A stretch of 64,000 nucleotides of DNA from a virus: IMG/VR virus record IMGVR_UViG_3300045988_158809. One strand, written 5' to 3'. Shown one piece after another: positions 8,155 through 15,615 of this stretch (position 1 is the stretch's first letter; every line of letters begins with the position of its first letter). The notes beneath the pieces were generated by a model that saw nothing but the letters and a program-made list of their open reading frames with translations, was not told where the DNA came from and made no database searches. The position numbers and the translations under genes were made by a program.

Positions 8155-8802
8155 ATGAAAAAGAACAGATTGTTTGAAGAGCGTAAAAGAAAAGTGTCCG
8201 CAAAAGCCAAAGAATTGGTCGATTCAGCTTTTAAACGAATTGATGAAGAGCATGAACTTTTAAAGGACAAAAATCTGCCTAAAGAGGATTTATTTCAATC
8301 AATATCTAAAACAACAAACATGAAAAAAGAATTCACATTAGAACAACTCGTAACGATACGCGACGTGTTTGCCGACATGTGCGACAAGCAGATTGAACGC
8401 GGAAAAAGAGATTTGGCAGAAGAATATCTGGACATTGTGAATGTAGTTCAAGCCAAAACAGGATGCGACGAATACGAAAGTCTGGAAGATTTTCAACTTG
8501 ACGAGAGTGGAACTTACGGCTATGCGGAAAAGAGAGAGCTGGACGACCTGGAAGAAGTGGCAGTGGACGAAATGATAGCTTTCGCAAAGTCTTCTGACGA
8601 GCAGCCATGGGAAATACTGAAAGCGAGAGTAAACAATTATCTGGAGGATGTTTCGGCAAACACAGGCATGACCCGTAAGGACACAATAGACCGTAGAACC
8701 ATTTGCATAAACAGGCTAATTATTCATTGTATCCATGCCTGCACCAGCGAAGAATTGAAGCGTCTGGACGGGATAGTAAAAGAACTTGCAGAGAATTTTT
8801 AG
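8155..8802 (+). CDS. hypothetical protein (215 aa)
   Basis: ORF track; acidic. Confidence 0.65.
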   Translation: MKKNRLFEERKRKVSAKAKELVDSAFKRIDEEHELLKDKNLPKEDLFQSISKTTNMKKEFTLEQLVTIRDVFADMCDKQIERGKRDLAEEYLDIVNVVQAKTGCDEYESLEDFQLDESGTYGYAEKRELDDLEEVAVDEMIAFAKSSDEQPWEILKARVNNYLEDVSANTGMTRKDTIDRRTICINRLIIHCIHACTSEELKRLDGIVKELAENF

Positions 8803-8868
8803 CCTATGGGCTCGGAGAAATATCACTCTATGGCATTTGCCAGAAATCACTGATTTTCCCACCTATGA
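8803..8868 (+). repeat. early-region junction motif, double unit plus a third partial CCTATGA; last copy in the window
   Basis: cctatgggctcggagaaatatcactctatggcatttgccagaaatcactgattttcccacctatga. Confidence 0.8.
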
Positions 8869-8965
8869 TTACGGTAAAAATATTTTACACTAAAATCACG
8901 CAAAAAAGTCGCTACGAAAACAAAAAATTTCTACCGCGGTAGCAAAAAAACGCCTTCGTAGTCAC

Positions 8966-9011
8966 ATAAAAAATAAGCATACAGTCCGGTAGTTCTGTAT
9001 GCTTATTTTTT
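8966..9011. terminator. bidirectional intrinsic terminator
   Basis: 12-bp stem ataagcatacag / ctgtatgcttat with a 10-nt loop, flanked by an A-run and a T-run; lies between convergent gene blocks. Confidence 0.7.
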
Positions 9012-9025
9012 ATTCAGATGTCGGT

Positions 9026-9490
9026 TTAAGTCAACTCTCCACCTCCACCGTCTTCACCACCGCCAGACTCTCCGCCGCCACCGGGTGATGTCGGTTCCGT
9101 GTCGGCTTCTTCGTAAGACACGACCGACAGATTACCGATAAATTCACGAAGTTTCTTTCCCGGTTGGAAAAGTATATGTTTGCGTTTTATGGAGTCCACT
9201 GTGGCTGTATCTGCCGTGTCCTGGCTTGCTGCGCTGAAAGTTGGTTTGAAGATACCGAAATCGCCAAGCCTTACGCCGTGACCTTGTTTCATAAACGTAA
9301 TACTTACTTCAATAAGAGCTTCTATAGCTGCATAGACTTCACCGTTATTAAGACGTGATTGTTTAGCGACTTCCTGAAGAATGTCCTCATAGCTGACTGT
9401 GTGGTTTCGCTGTGCGGTAGCCACATACTTTTCTGCTTTAGTCTTGTCGAAAGCAAAAACTCTTTTCTTTACTTTGTAACCTAATGGCAT
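9026..9490 (-). CDS. HU/IHF-like DNA-binding protein, Bacteroidota type, with Gly/Glu-rich tail (154 aa)
   Basis: VSYEDILQEVAKQSRLNNGEVYAAIEALIEVSITFMKQGHGVRLGDFGIFKPTF fits the HU-fold pattern. Start moved to MPLGYKV (ATG 9490) from ORF-track 9562. Confidence 0.65.
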   Translation of the reverse strand: MPLGYKVKKRVFAFDKTKAEKYVATAQRNHTVSYEDILQEVAKQSRLNNGEVYAAIEALIEVSITFMKQGHGVRLGDFGIFKPTFSAASQDTADTATVDSIKRKHILFQPGKKLREFIGNLSVVSYEEADTEPTSPGGGGESGGGEDGGGGELT

Positions 9491-9587
9491 AATTTTAAGG
9501 TTTAGTTTTTGTGTTTTGTATTGTGCTGCATCTACCGGAATGCGCCATAAAGATAAAAACAATTATCGGAAATGCAAATTTTCGGGG

Positions 9588-9625
9588 ATAAAAAAAGCTG
9601 CTGCATTTATAGGTGCAACAGCTTT
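9588..9625 (-). terminator. intrinsic terminator after the rep gene
   Basis: Minus strand reads AAAGCTGTTGCA-loop-TGCAGCAGCTTT followed by TTTTTTT. Confidence 0.55.
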
Positions 9626-9642
9626 TATCAGAGGATATGTAA

Positions 9643-11187
9643 TTATTTTTGAACTATCTCATACTTAATCTTCGCCTTCTCGCCAAATGCAGCTTCCGAA
9701 GCCTGTTCCAGCAGGGGCTTGAAGTTTTCCTGAATATATGTGTAGAAGAATGCGGTAGGCACTTTAATCGTGACTGTACCGCAGCCCGTTCCGCCGTAAT
9801 CGAGAAAGCGTAGCCAGGTGTTATATTCCGTCACGGTGCAGTTGTTCTGAATCACGTCCATGAAGATTTGCCATGCCTGGAGTTCCTTTTCCGTAGGCTG
9901 CGGGGTGGGGGATGCTTCCTTCTCCTCCTGCTGCCCTTTCTGTTCCGGTGGTTCCGGGTGAGCTTCTGGCGTGCGGCTGGTGATGAAGTTCTTCAGCGAG
10001 GTGATGACGTATGCCTTTACTGAGCGCGGCTTGTATCGCTTCACCATATCGCCCAGTTCGAGCACATATTTGCGGAAGTCGTTCACCAGCTCGTCGGGAA
10101 GCATATCCGACAGGCCTTTCACGTCGGTATCGGTCAGCTTGTATTCGGTGCGAAGGAGCGTCCATGCGTCGGCAGGCTGGTTGATGCGCTTGCGCTGCTG
10201 ACGGAGTTCTTCGCCCAGTCCTGAAAGCTTTATCTGGAACTGCAGGTTTTCGGGGTTTCCCCGCTTTGCGCCATTCTTGTATAGCGGCTTGTAATCAAAA
10301 GTAAAGTCCACGAGGTTGTATTCAGAAAGTTCGTCCAGATCTTCCTTTATCGGGTCGAGCACAGTGGAACAGAAACGTGAAAATTTGGGGTAAATGTCCT
10401 TATCCACCTTCACCTTGTTTCCGTTCTTGTCAGTTTCGGTCACTTCCTCTATCAGTCCGAGGTACTTTTTAAGCTCTACAAGGTTGACTGATTTACTGCC
10501 TATATCCTTCCATCGGGTGAGGTAGATGTAGATGGAAGGGGTGCGCTTGCGCCGGCATATACGGGTGATGTGGCGAAGATGGTTCATGTATCCCAGTCCG
10601 TTTCCGAGGTCGCAAAGGTATCTCAGGGTATTAAGCGACATCTGGACTTCCACATAGTTTTCGCGCCGTGTGGTGCTTTTCTTGTATTTGTATGTGCCTC
10701 CGATTTTCTCTTTTTCGGGAATACTGATTTCGGTGAACACATTTGCGAACACGCGCCTTAGCTGACCTGTTTCGGCATCCCGGCGTATGTAAGTGACGGA
10801 CATGTTTTTCAGATTCCCGCACGTTTCCTGAAGGATATGATACGCGTCCGGCTTTACACCTATCGATGCGGTATCTACGCGCAGAGTGACTATCTTGTTT
10901 TCGGTCTGTTTATTGTCTTTCGACTTATCCAGGCACTCCGCAAGGTCGTTTTCTTCTGGCATTCCGAGTTCAGGGAAAAGTACGAGCTGACGCCCGGCAT
11001 TTCCTTTTTTCAGGTATTGGTTGAACTGGTCCTGCAGGGAGTTCATGAGTTCTATCATGATGCTTCGCTCCGTGAGGGTGAAGTCGCCTCCTATCGTGGC
11101 GTAAAGATACGGCTGCTTGATAAATTCACAGTCTTTCAGCTCGCTTACAAGCTGGCTTTTCGGCAGAATATCTTTCTGTTTTTTCAT
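9643..11187 (-). CDS. replication initiator (plasmid Rep-like N-terminal part) with C-terminal DnaA-domain-I-like module (514 aa)
   Basis: Adjacent to iterons. The C-terminal 80 aa (WQIFMDVIQNNCTVTEYNTWLRFLDY..TVTIKVPTAFFYTYIQENFKPLLEQ..KIKYEIV) mirror the DnaA N-terminal domain pattern. Confidence 0.6.
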   Translation of the reverse strand: MKKQKDILPKSQLVSELKDCEFIKQPYLYATIGGDFTLTERSIMIELMNSLQDQFNQYLKKGNAGRQLVLFPELGMPEENDLAECLDKSKDNKQTENKIVTLRVDTASIGVKPDAYHILQETCGNLKNMSVTYIRRDAETGQLRRVFANVFTEISIPEKEKIGGTYKYKKSTTRRENYVEVQMSLNTLRYLCDLGNGLGYMNHLRHITRICRRKRTPSIYIYLTRWKDIGSKSVNLVELKKYLGLIEEVTETDKNGNKVKVDKDIYPKFSRFCSTVLDPIKEDLDELSEYNLVDFTFDYKPLYKNGAKRGNPENLQFQIKLSGLGEELRQQRKRINQPADAWTLLRTEYKLTDTDVKGLSDMLPDELVNDFRKYVLELGDMVKRYKPRSVKAYVITSLKNFITSRTPEAHPEPPEQKGQQEEKEASPTPQPTEKELQAWQIFMDVIQNNCTVTEYNTWLRFLDYGGTGCGTVTIKVPTAFFYTYIQENFKPLLEQASEAAFGEKAKIKYEIVQK

Positions 11188-11242
11188 GGGAAAAAGTTTT
11201 ATATTCGATTCGACACTTTATCTGACCTAAGTATTACTGAGG

Positions 11243-11500
11243 TCAGCTTTTCACTTCGCGTATTTCGAAGTGTCTCTCTCCGCTGGTGAAGGTGGATACC
11301 ACGCGCGAGGTATCGTCTTCTATCAGACTGATGAATGACACGCCGAGCACCTGGGCCACTTTCTCCATAAACTCGGTGGTGCAGCTCAGGTGTCCGTTCA
11401 TGCGCTGTGAGAGCGCCACCGGAGTCATTCCGAGTTCCTGGGCAAGTTCTATCTGCGACATGCCTTTTTCTTTCAGAATTTCCTTTATTCTTAATTTCAT
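11243..11500 (-). CDS. XRE-family HTH regulator (85 aa)
   Basis: IKEILKEKGMSQIELAQELGMTPVALSQRMNG is a classic Cro/CI HTH; first gene of the minus-strand rep operon. Confidence 0.75.
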   Translation of the reverse strand: MKLRIKEILKEKGMSQIELAQELGMTPVALSQRMNGHLSCTTEFMEKVAQVLGVSFISLIEDDTSRVVSTFTSGERHFEIREVKS

Positions 11501-11522
11501 GATGAATGTGTTTTGTTTCCGG

Positions 11523-11543
11523 CAAAGGTAGAAATAATTTCTA
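11523..11543 (-). promoter_or_regulatory. minus-strand -7 box TACCTTTG (11523-11530) overlapped by the 15-bp palindrome TAGAAATAATTTCTA (11529-11543)
   Basis: Read directly; 22 nt upstream of ATG 11500. Confidence 0.5.
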
Positions 11544-11601
11544 AATAATGAAATATTATTCTGGCATATTTCTATAAATCGAAATTATAAGAAAATATAT
11601 A

Positions 11602-11737
11602 GTTGTAGTAATTTGTACCTTCAGGCTGAAAAGTTGTAGTAAATTGTACTAAATGTTGGGGTAATTTGTACAATAAGTTGTAGTAATTTGTACCAAATGT
11701 TGTAGTAAATTGTCCCTATAGTTGTAGTAATTTGTAC
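11602..11737 (+). repeat. six 17-bp iterons GTTGTAGTAATTTGTAC
   Basis: Copies start at 11602, 11633, 11655, 11677, 11699 and 11721; the last five are spaced exactly 22 bp. Confidence 0.85.
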
Positions 11738-11932
11738 CGAAGCGTTTTTAATTTGCTGATTTTCAATTATTATTGCATCGTTATATATCTATATCTTATC
11801 ATTTCATATTTAAGCAGAACGAAAGGTATTTATTCTATAAATAATAATCTTTCCTCTTTTCCATATACTATGATGGATATATGATATAGAGAGTTTGTGA
11901 CGGTTGAATTTCAGAAGGTTACAAATGCGTTT
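11738..11932. other. AT-rich spacer between iteron arms (candidate DNA-unwinding region)
   Basis: Visibly AT-rich, no ORF, flanked by oppositely oriented iterons. Confidence 0.4.
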
Positions 11933-12058
11933 GTACAAATTACTACAACATTTGGTACAAAACGCTCAAACATTAGGGGCAAAACGGTGCAACATTACGG
12001 CCAAAATGATACAGCATTAGGGACAAAAAGTTCCAACTATACGGTCACAAAAATAGCA
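11933..12058 (-). repeat. inverted iteron arm: one exact inverted iteron (11933-11949) plus five degenerate 22-bp-phased units
   Basis: gtacaaattactacaac is the reverse complement of the iteron; ACATTnGG-like unit starts at 11948, 11970, 11992, 12014 and 12036. Confidence 0.7.
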
Positions 12059-12158
12059 GCCCCGATTCACATCGGAGCTGCATTTCCGCCGGTCGCATCC
12101 GGCATACTGTAATCAATCTAAAATTCAAGTTTTATGCTAATACTCAATTCAGAGTGCA

Positions 12159-12479
12159 TTATCTGTAGTCTACGCAAATAATCGGCTCTCCTGCTACCCC
12201 CGTTATCATACGGAAACCCTGGGCTCCCAGGAGCTCCAGGTAGTTTACCAGCGGGTCGCCAAGCGGACGAGGGTAAGCCTGAAAATACGACCGCAGCCGC
12301 GCTTCATCGAAAATCTCGTCGGCATCGGCTTCGTTGTCGGTATATCTGTATGACTTCACAAATGCTTCCACCTTGTGATAGGAAACGAAGTCGAGCACGC
12401 TGGGGCCCGATTGGGTTTCGGCCTGAGACGGTTCCGAATCGTACTCGTCGCGATCGTATTTTCGTTTAGACTTTCCCAT
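12159..12479 (-). CDS. hypothetical protein (106 aa)
   Basis: ORF track; minus-strand -7 box at 12525-12532. Confidence 0.55.
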   Translation of the reverse strand: MGKSKRKYDRDEYDSEPSQAETQSGPSVLDFVSYHKVEAFVKSYRYTDNEADADEIFDEARLRSYFQAYPRPLGDPLVNYLELLGAQGFRMITGVAGEPIICVDYR

Positions 12480-12524
12480 TTTTCTAAAGCATTTTACTTA
12501 TGTTGAAGAAATTCTATTGCGTTG

Positions 12525-12532
12525 CAAATATA
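12525..12532 (-). promoter_or_regulatory. minus-strand -7 box TATATTTG
   Basis: + strand reads caaatata. Confidence 0.4.
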
Positions 12533-12627
12533 GGATATTTTCTTTATCTAAATGCTAAAAACGACAATAAATCTCCTTTATGTTTAAAAATATATACCAA
12601 AACGGTAAACATTTATGAATACTTTTA

Positions 12628-12635
12628 TATATTTG
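12628..12635 (+). promoter_or_regulatory. -7 box TATATTTG
   Basis: Exact TAnnTTTG about 80 nt upstream of the terminator at 12717. Confidence 0.4.
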
Positions 12636-12641
12636 TGCGCA

Positions 12642-12742
12642 TGAAGGCATCCGTGAGGATATCCAATTCGACTCATTAGTTGGTGAATCGTATTCTTTAT
12701 TTAGGTAACAATTCTTCTGCCACGGGAAACCGTGGCAGTTTT
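12642..12742 (+). ncRNA. candidate ~100-nt small RNA or leader transcript
   Basis: Bounded by the -7 box at 12628-12635 and a strong intrinsic terminator; no credible ORF. Confidence 0.3.
12717..12742 (+). terminator. intrinsic terminator (9-bp stem, GAAA tetraloop, TTTT)
   Basis: ctgccacgg gaaa ccgtggcag tttt. Confidence 0.7.
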
Positions 12743-12836
12743 CCGGGTATTAATGATTTGATAATTCTCATTTTCATTACTTGCTGCGCCTTTTGTGAAA
12801 AATGTGCGGCGGTCTTTTTTTATAGTAGCTATACGA

Positions 12837-12868
12837 GGGAAAGAACCGAAAGATTCTTTCCCTTTTTT
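12837..12868 (+). terminator. intrinsic terminator (9-bp stem, T6)
   Basis: gggaaagaa ccgaaaga ttctttccc tttttt. Confidence 0.7.
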
Positions 12869-12933
12869 GTGAAAAAACGGCTCAAATGGTATATTAACTT
12901 TTTGTAATGCCCAAAAACATAAAAAATAATATA

Positions 12934-12961
12934 CCATTTTGGTATAGATTCTTTATCTTTG
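12934..12961 (+). promoter_or_regulatory. module-boundary box CCATTTTGGTATAGATTCTTTA fused to -7 box TATCTTTG (12954-12961)
   Basis: Near-identical boxes at 25494-25516 and 49224-49246 (opposite strand) and a related one at 41846-41863. Confidence 0.6.
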
Positions 12962-12995
12962 TAGCAAAATTTAAAATATTAATACCGGGTATGTA

Positions 12996-14741
12996 ATGGA
13001 AAACGTTATTACAAATGCTTATGGAACAGGTAATTTATTGTCCAGAAGCAATCTCATGAAAGGCTGTACTTCTTACAGCGCAACGAGTATCGAAAACTGT
13101 TCGGGCGACTTTGCCCGTATGCTGCATCCCGCATCCGTCGGTAATCTGGTCACGGTCAGCAATCCGTACGACAAATTTTCTACGCAGGAACGTGAGGCGA
13201 TGGCCCACACCTGGCACTTTCATCTTATCTCTGCCGAATGCACCTTTGCAGAATATCTGTATAACTATGTGCGCGAACTGGAGCAGATGATGGACGCTCA
13301 CGGTTTGCTGAAGTTCAACGCCAAGCGTCTGGTGAATGAACTGAAGGATACCGTACAGAGTATGCAGGTGCTCGTAAGGGGACACGGACGCGCACAGATC
13401 AAGCTTTTCTGTGTTCCTATCTTCGCCCCGATGGCCGACGAGTATTACAACATCGGCGGAGACCTGACAAGCCGTATCGTGCTGCGCATCCGCAAGCGCA
13501 TTGACGAGGAAGTGACCCGTATGTTCTACTGCACGAAGAATATGCTGAACCGTACCGGTTGCCCGTATGCCGACGTGCTGAACCACCTGCAGATGATTAT
13601 GTTCGTGGTGACTACCGATATAGAGTTTTCCGACGTGGTGAGAGACCGCGCAAGAAAGTTGCTCGACGGTACCGGAAAGGAGATTCAGTACACCATGTCG
13701 AACCACAACGCGCGCATCGTGAAGGCCGCACGCCAGCTCATCCTCCAGCTATACAATGAAACGAAGTATCCTTTCCACAAGGAGGATATGGAAAACGTGC
13801 GTACGCTGGCCCGCGTGATTCAGGAAAGGCTGGTGGGCGAACGTACCCGCGATGCGATGGACGAAGAAATATGGGGTGTGCGCGGCGACTTTACGCTCTT
13901 CGTGCTTCTCCGTCTGGCCATGCGCCTGCAAGGTCAGGGCGAGCCGGTGAGCCGCAAGGAGCTGAAGCATCTGCTGTTCCGCCTGGGCACGAAAGAGAAT
14001 GTGCGGGCCTTTGTGAAGGAACTGCGGGCAACCGCTATTCCCGAAGGTGAGGACATGATAGACCGCCTGGAGGGGTTTGACATTCCGGAAAGCAGTGACA
14101 CCCTGATGCAGCAGTTTTTCCGCCTGTGTCTGGAAGACAAGTCGATGTACCGGCCTTTCAGCTCGGACGAGGAAGTGAAGATGCGAAATATTCGTCAGAT
14201 GGTGTACTACAGCAAGGACTCCACTATCAGCGATTCTATGCTACGCTACATCTTCATCATGAAGGGAGGAGTGAAGAAGCGGGTGGAAGAGTTTCTTTCC
14301 GCCGCCGGTACCGAAGTGATGCGCAAGACGCTGCGCAAGCTGAAAAAGATGAAGGTGGCCGACCTGCAAGGACGAAAGGGCCGTTACTACTTTGATTTCT
14401 TTAAGGGTATAGACGAGCTGCGTAAGGAGCGCGGACTGAGCGACAAGGGCATGATGCAGGCCATGGGTTTAGGAAAGACGAAATATTACGGCATGAAGAA
14501 AGTCACCTCCATGCGCTATACGCGTGGTGATGAAATAAGCCGTCTGATTCGTGACCTTTCCACTTTCATGAAGGTGGATGCCGCCTATTACCTGTATCTG
14601 TGCATCCGTGAGACGGACAACGAGCTGGTTTCCGAGCAGACGGTGGAATACGTGCTTCGACGCGGCATTGTGGTGTATCTCACGAATAATGAAATCATGG
14701 CCGAAATGGATTCTGGAGAAGAGTATCAATTGGAAGGATAA
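12996..14741 (+). CDS. hypothetical protein (581 aa)
   Basis: Long uninterrupted ORF, visibly GC-richer than its flanks; no domain recognised. Confidence 0.7.
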   Translation: MENVITNAYGTGNLLSRSNLMKGCTSYSATSIENCSGDFARMLHPASVGNLVTVSNPYDKFSTQEREAMAHTWHFHLISAECTFAEYLYNYVRELEQMMDAHGLLKFNAKRLVNELKDTVQSMQVLVRGHGRAQIKLFCVPIFAPMADEYYNIGGDLTSRIVLRIRKRIDEEVTRMFYCTKNMLNRTGCPYADVLNHLQMIMFVVTTDIEFSDVVRDRARKLLDGTGKEIQYTMSNHNARIVKAARQLILQLYNETKYPFHKEDMENVRTLARVIQERLVGERTRDAMDEEIWGVRGDFTLFVLLRLAMRLQGQGEPVSRKELKHLLFRLGTKENVRAFVKELRATAIPEGEDMIDRLEGFDIPESSDTLMQQFFRLCLEDKSMYRPFSSDEEVKMRNIRQMVYYSKDSTISDSMLRYIFIMKGGVKKRVEEFLSAAGTEVMRKTLRKLKKMKVADLQGRKGRYYFDFFKGIDELRKERGLSDKGMMQAMGLGKTKYYGMKKVTSMRYTRGDEISRLIRDLSTFMKVDAAYYLYLCIRETDNELVSEQTVEYVLRRGIVVYLTNNEIMAEMDSGEEYQLEG

Positions 14742-14753
14742 ACAATATATAAA

Positions 14754-15609
14754 ATGAATTTGACAGAGAAAATAGAGTATTCAATTAATCTATTGAAAAA
14801 GAGTGAGAAAATGGCTCTTAAAATAGACCCTGAAAACGGCTTTTATTTGGCGTTTTCGGGTGGGAAAGACTCACAGGTATTATACCATTTAGCCGTAATG
14901 GGGGGGGGTGAAATTTAAAGCCCACATGAACCTTACAAGCGTAGATCCACCGGAGGTTATCAGGTTCGTAAAACAGCATTATCCTGATGTGGAACTGATA
15001 AAGCCGAAAATGAGTATCTATGATATGGCGAAGAAGAAAGGCTGTCTTCCTACTCAGAAAGTCAGATGGTGCTGTGAGGAATTTAAGGAAATGTCTGGGG
15101 CCGGCAAGGTTACGTTAATCGGAATAAGACGAGAGGAAAGTGCAAGAAGATCGAAGCGTAATGAGGTAGAAATGAATAATTATAAATTCAGCGGAAGCTT
15201 CGGTCAGTGGAGCGAACATCGCGAGAATATGGTGACTTGCGTGGGAGGAAAAGATAAGATAATTGTCAGTCCGATACTCTACTGGACGAGCCGCGACGTT
15301 TGGGAGTTTCTTAATTCAAACTACATACCTCATTGCAGTCTTTACGATAAAGGGTATAAAAGAATAGGTTGCATACTCTGTCCAATGTCAAATTATAAAC
15401 AAAAGATTAGAGAGATAAGAGATTATCCGCATGTTAAAAGAAATTGGATAAAAGCTATAGAGTGGATGATGGAAAATAAATGGACTGAAAAACGTTTAAC
15501 GGAAGATGCGGAAATGGCTTTCAACTGGTGGATAAGCGGGAAATCTTTCAAACAGTTTTATGCGGATGAATATCTGCAACAGAAGATAGATTTTGAGAAC
15601 GTAAAATGA
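14754..15609 (+). pseudogene. PAPS-reductase-family (PP-loop ATPase) gene split by a frameshift in a G9 tract
   Basis: ATG 14754 encodes MNLTEK..FYLAFSGGKDSQVLYHLAVMGGG and stops at 14916-14918. The rest (VKFKAHMNLTSVDPPEVIRF..RREES..) continues in the next frame from 14908. Removing one G fuses both parts. Confidence 0.7.
14900..14908 (+). repeat. homopolymeric G9 tract
   Basis: Counted directly: g at 14900 plus 8 g at 14901-14908. Confidence 0.95.
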
Positions 15610-15615
15610 TTTACT

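Noticed and set aside
11897-12112. 71-aa + strand ORF over the right iteron arm
   Set aside because: It is made entirely of 22-bp-phased degenerate iterons and gives repetitive, low-complexity protein. The origin interpretation explains the sequence better.
13035-13706. 223-aa minus-strand ORF and other overlapping ORFs within 12996..14741
   Set aside because: Antisense artefact of a GC-richer long gene. There are no start context or promoter signals, and the + strand ORF is uninterrupted for 581 codons.
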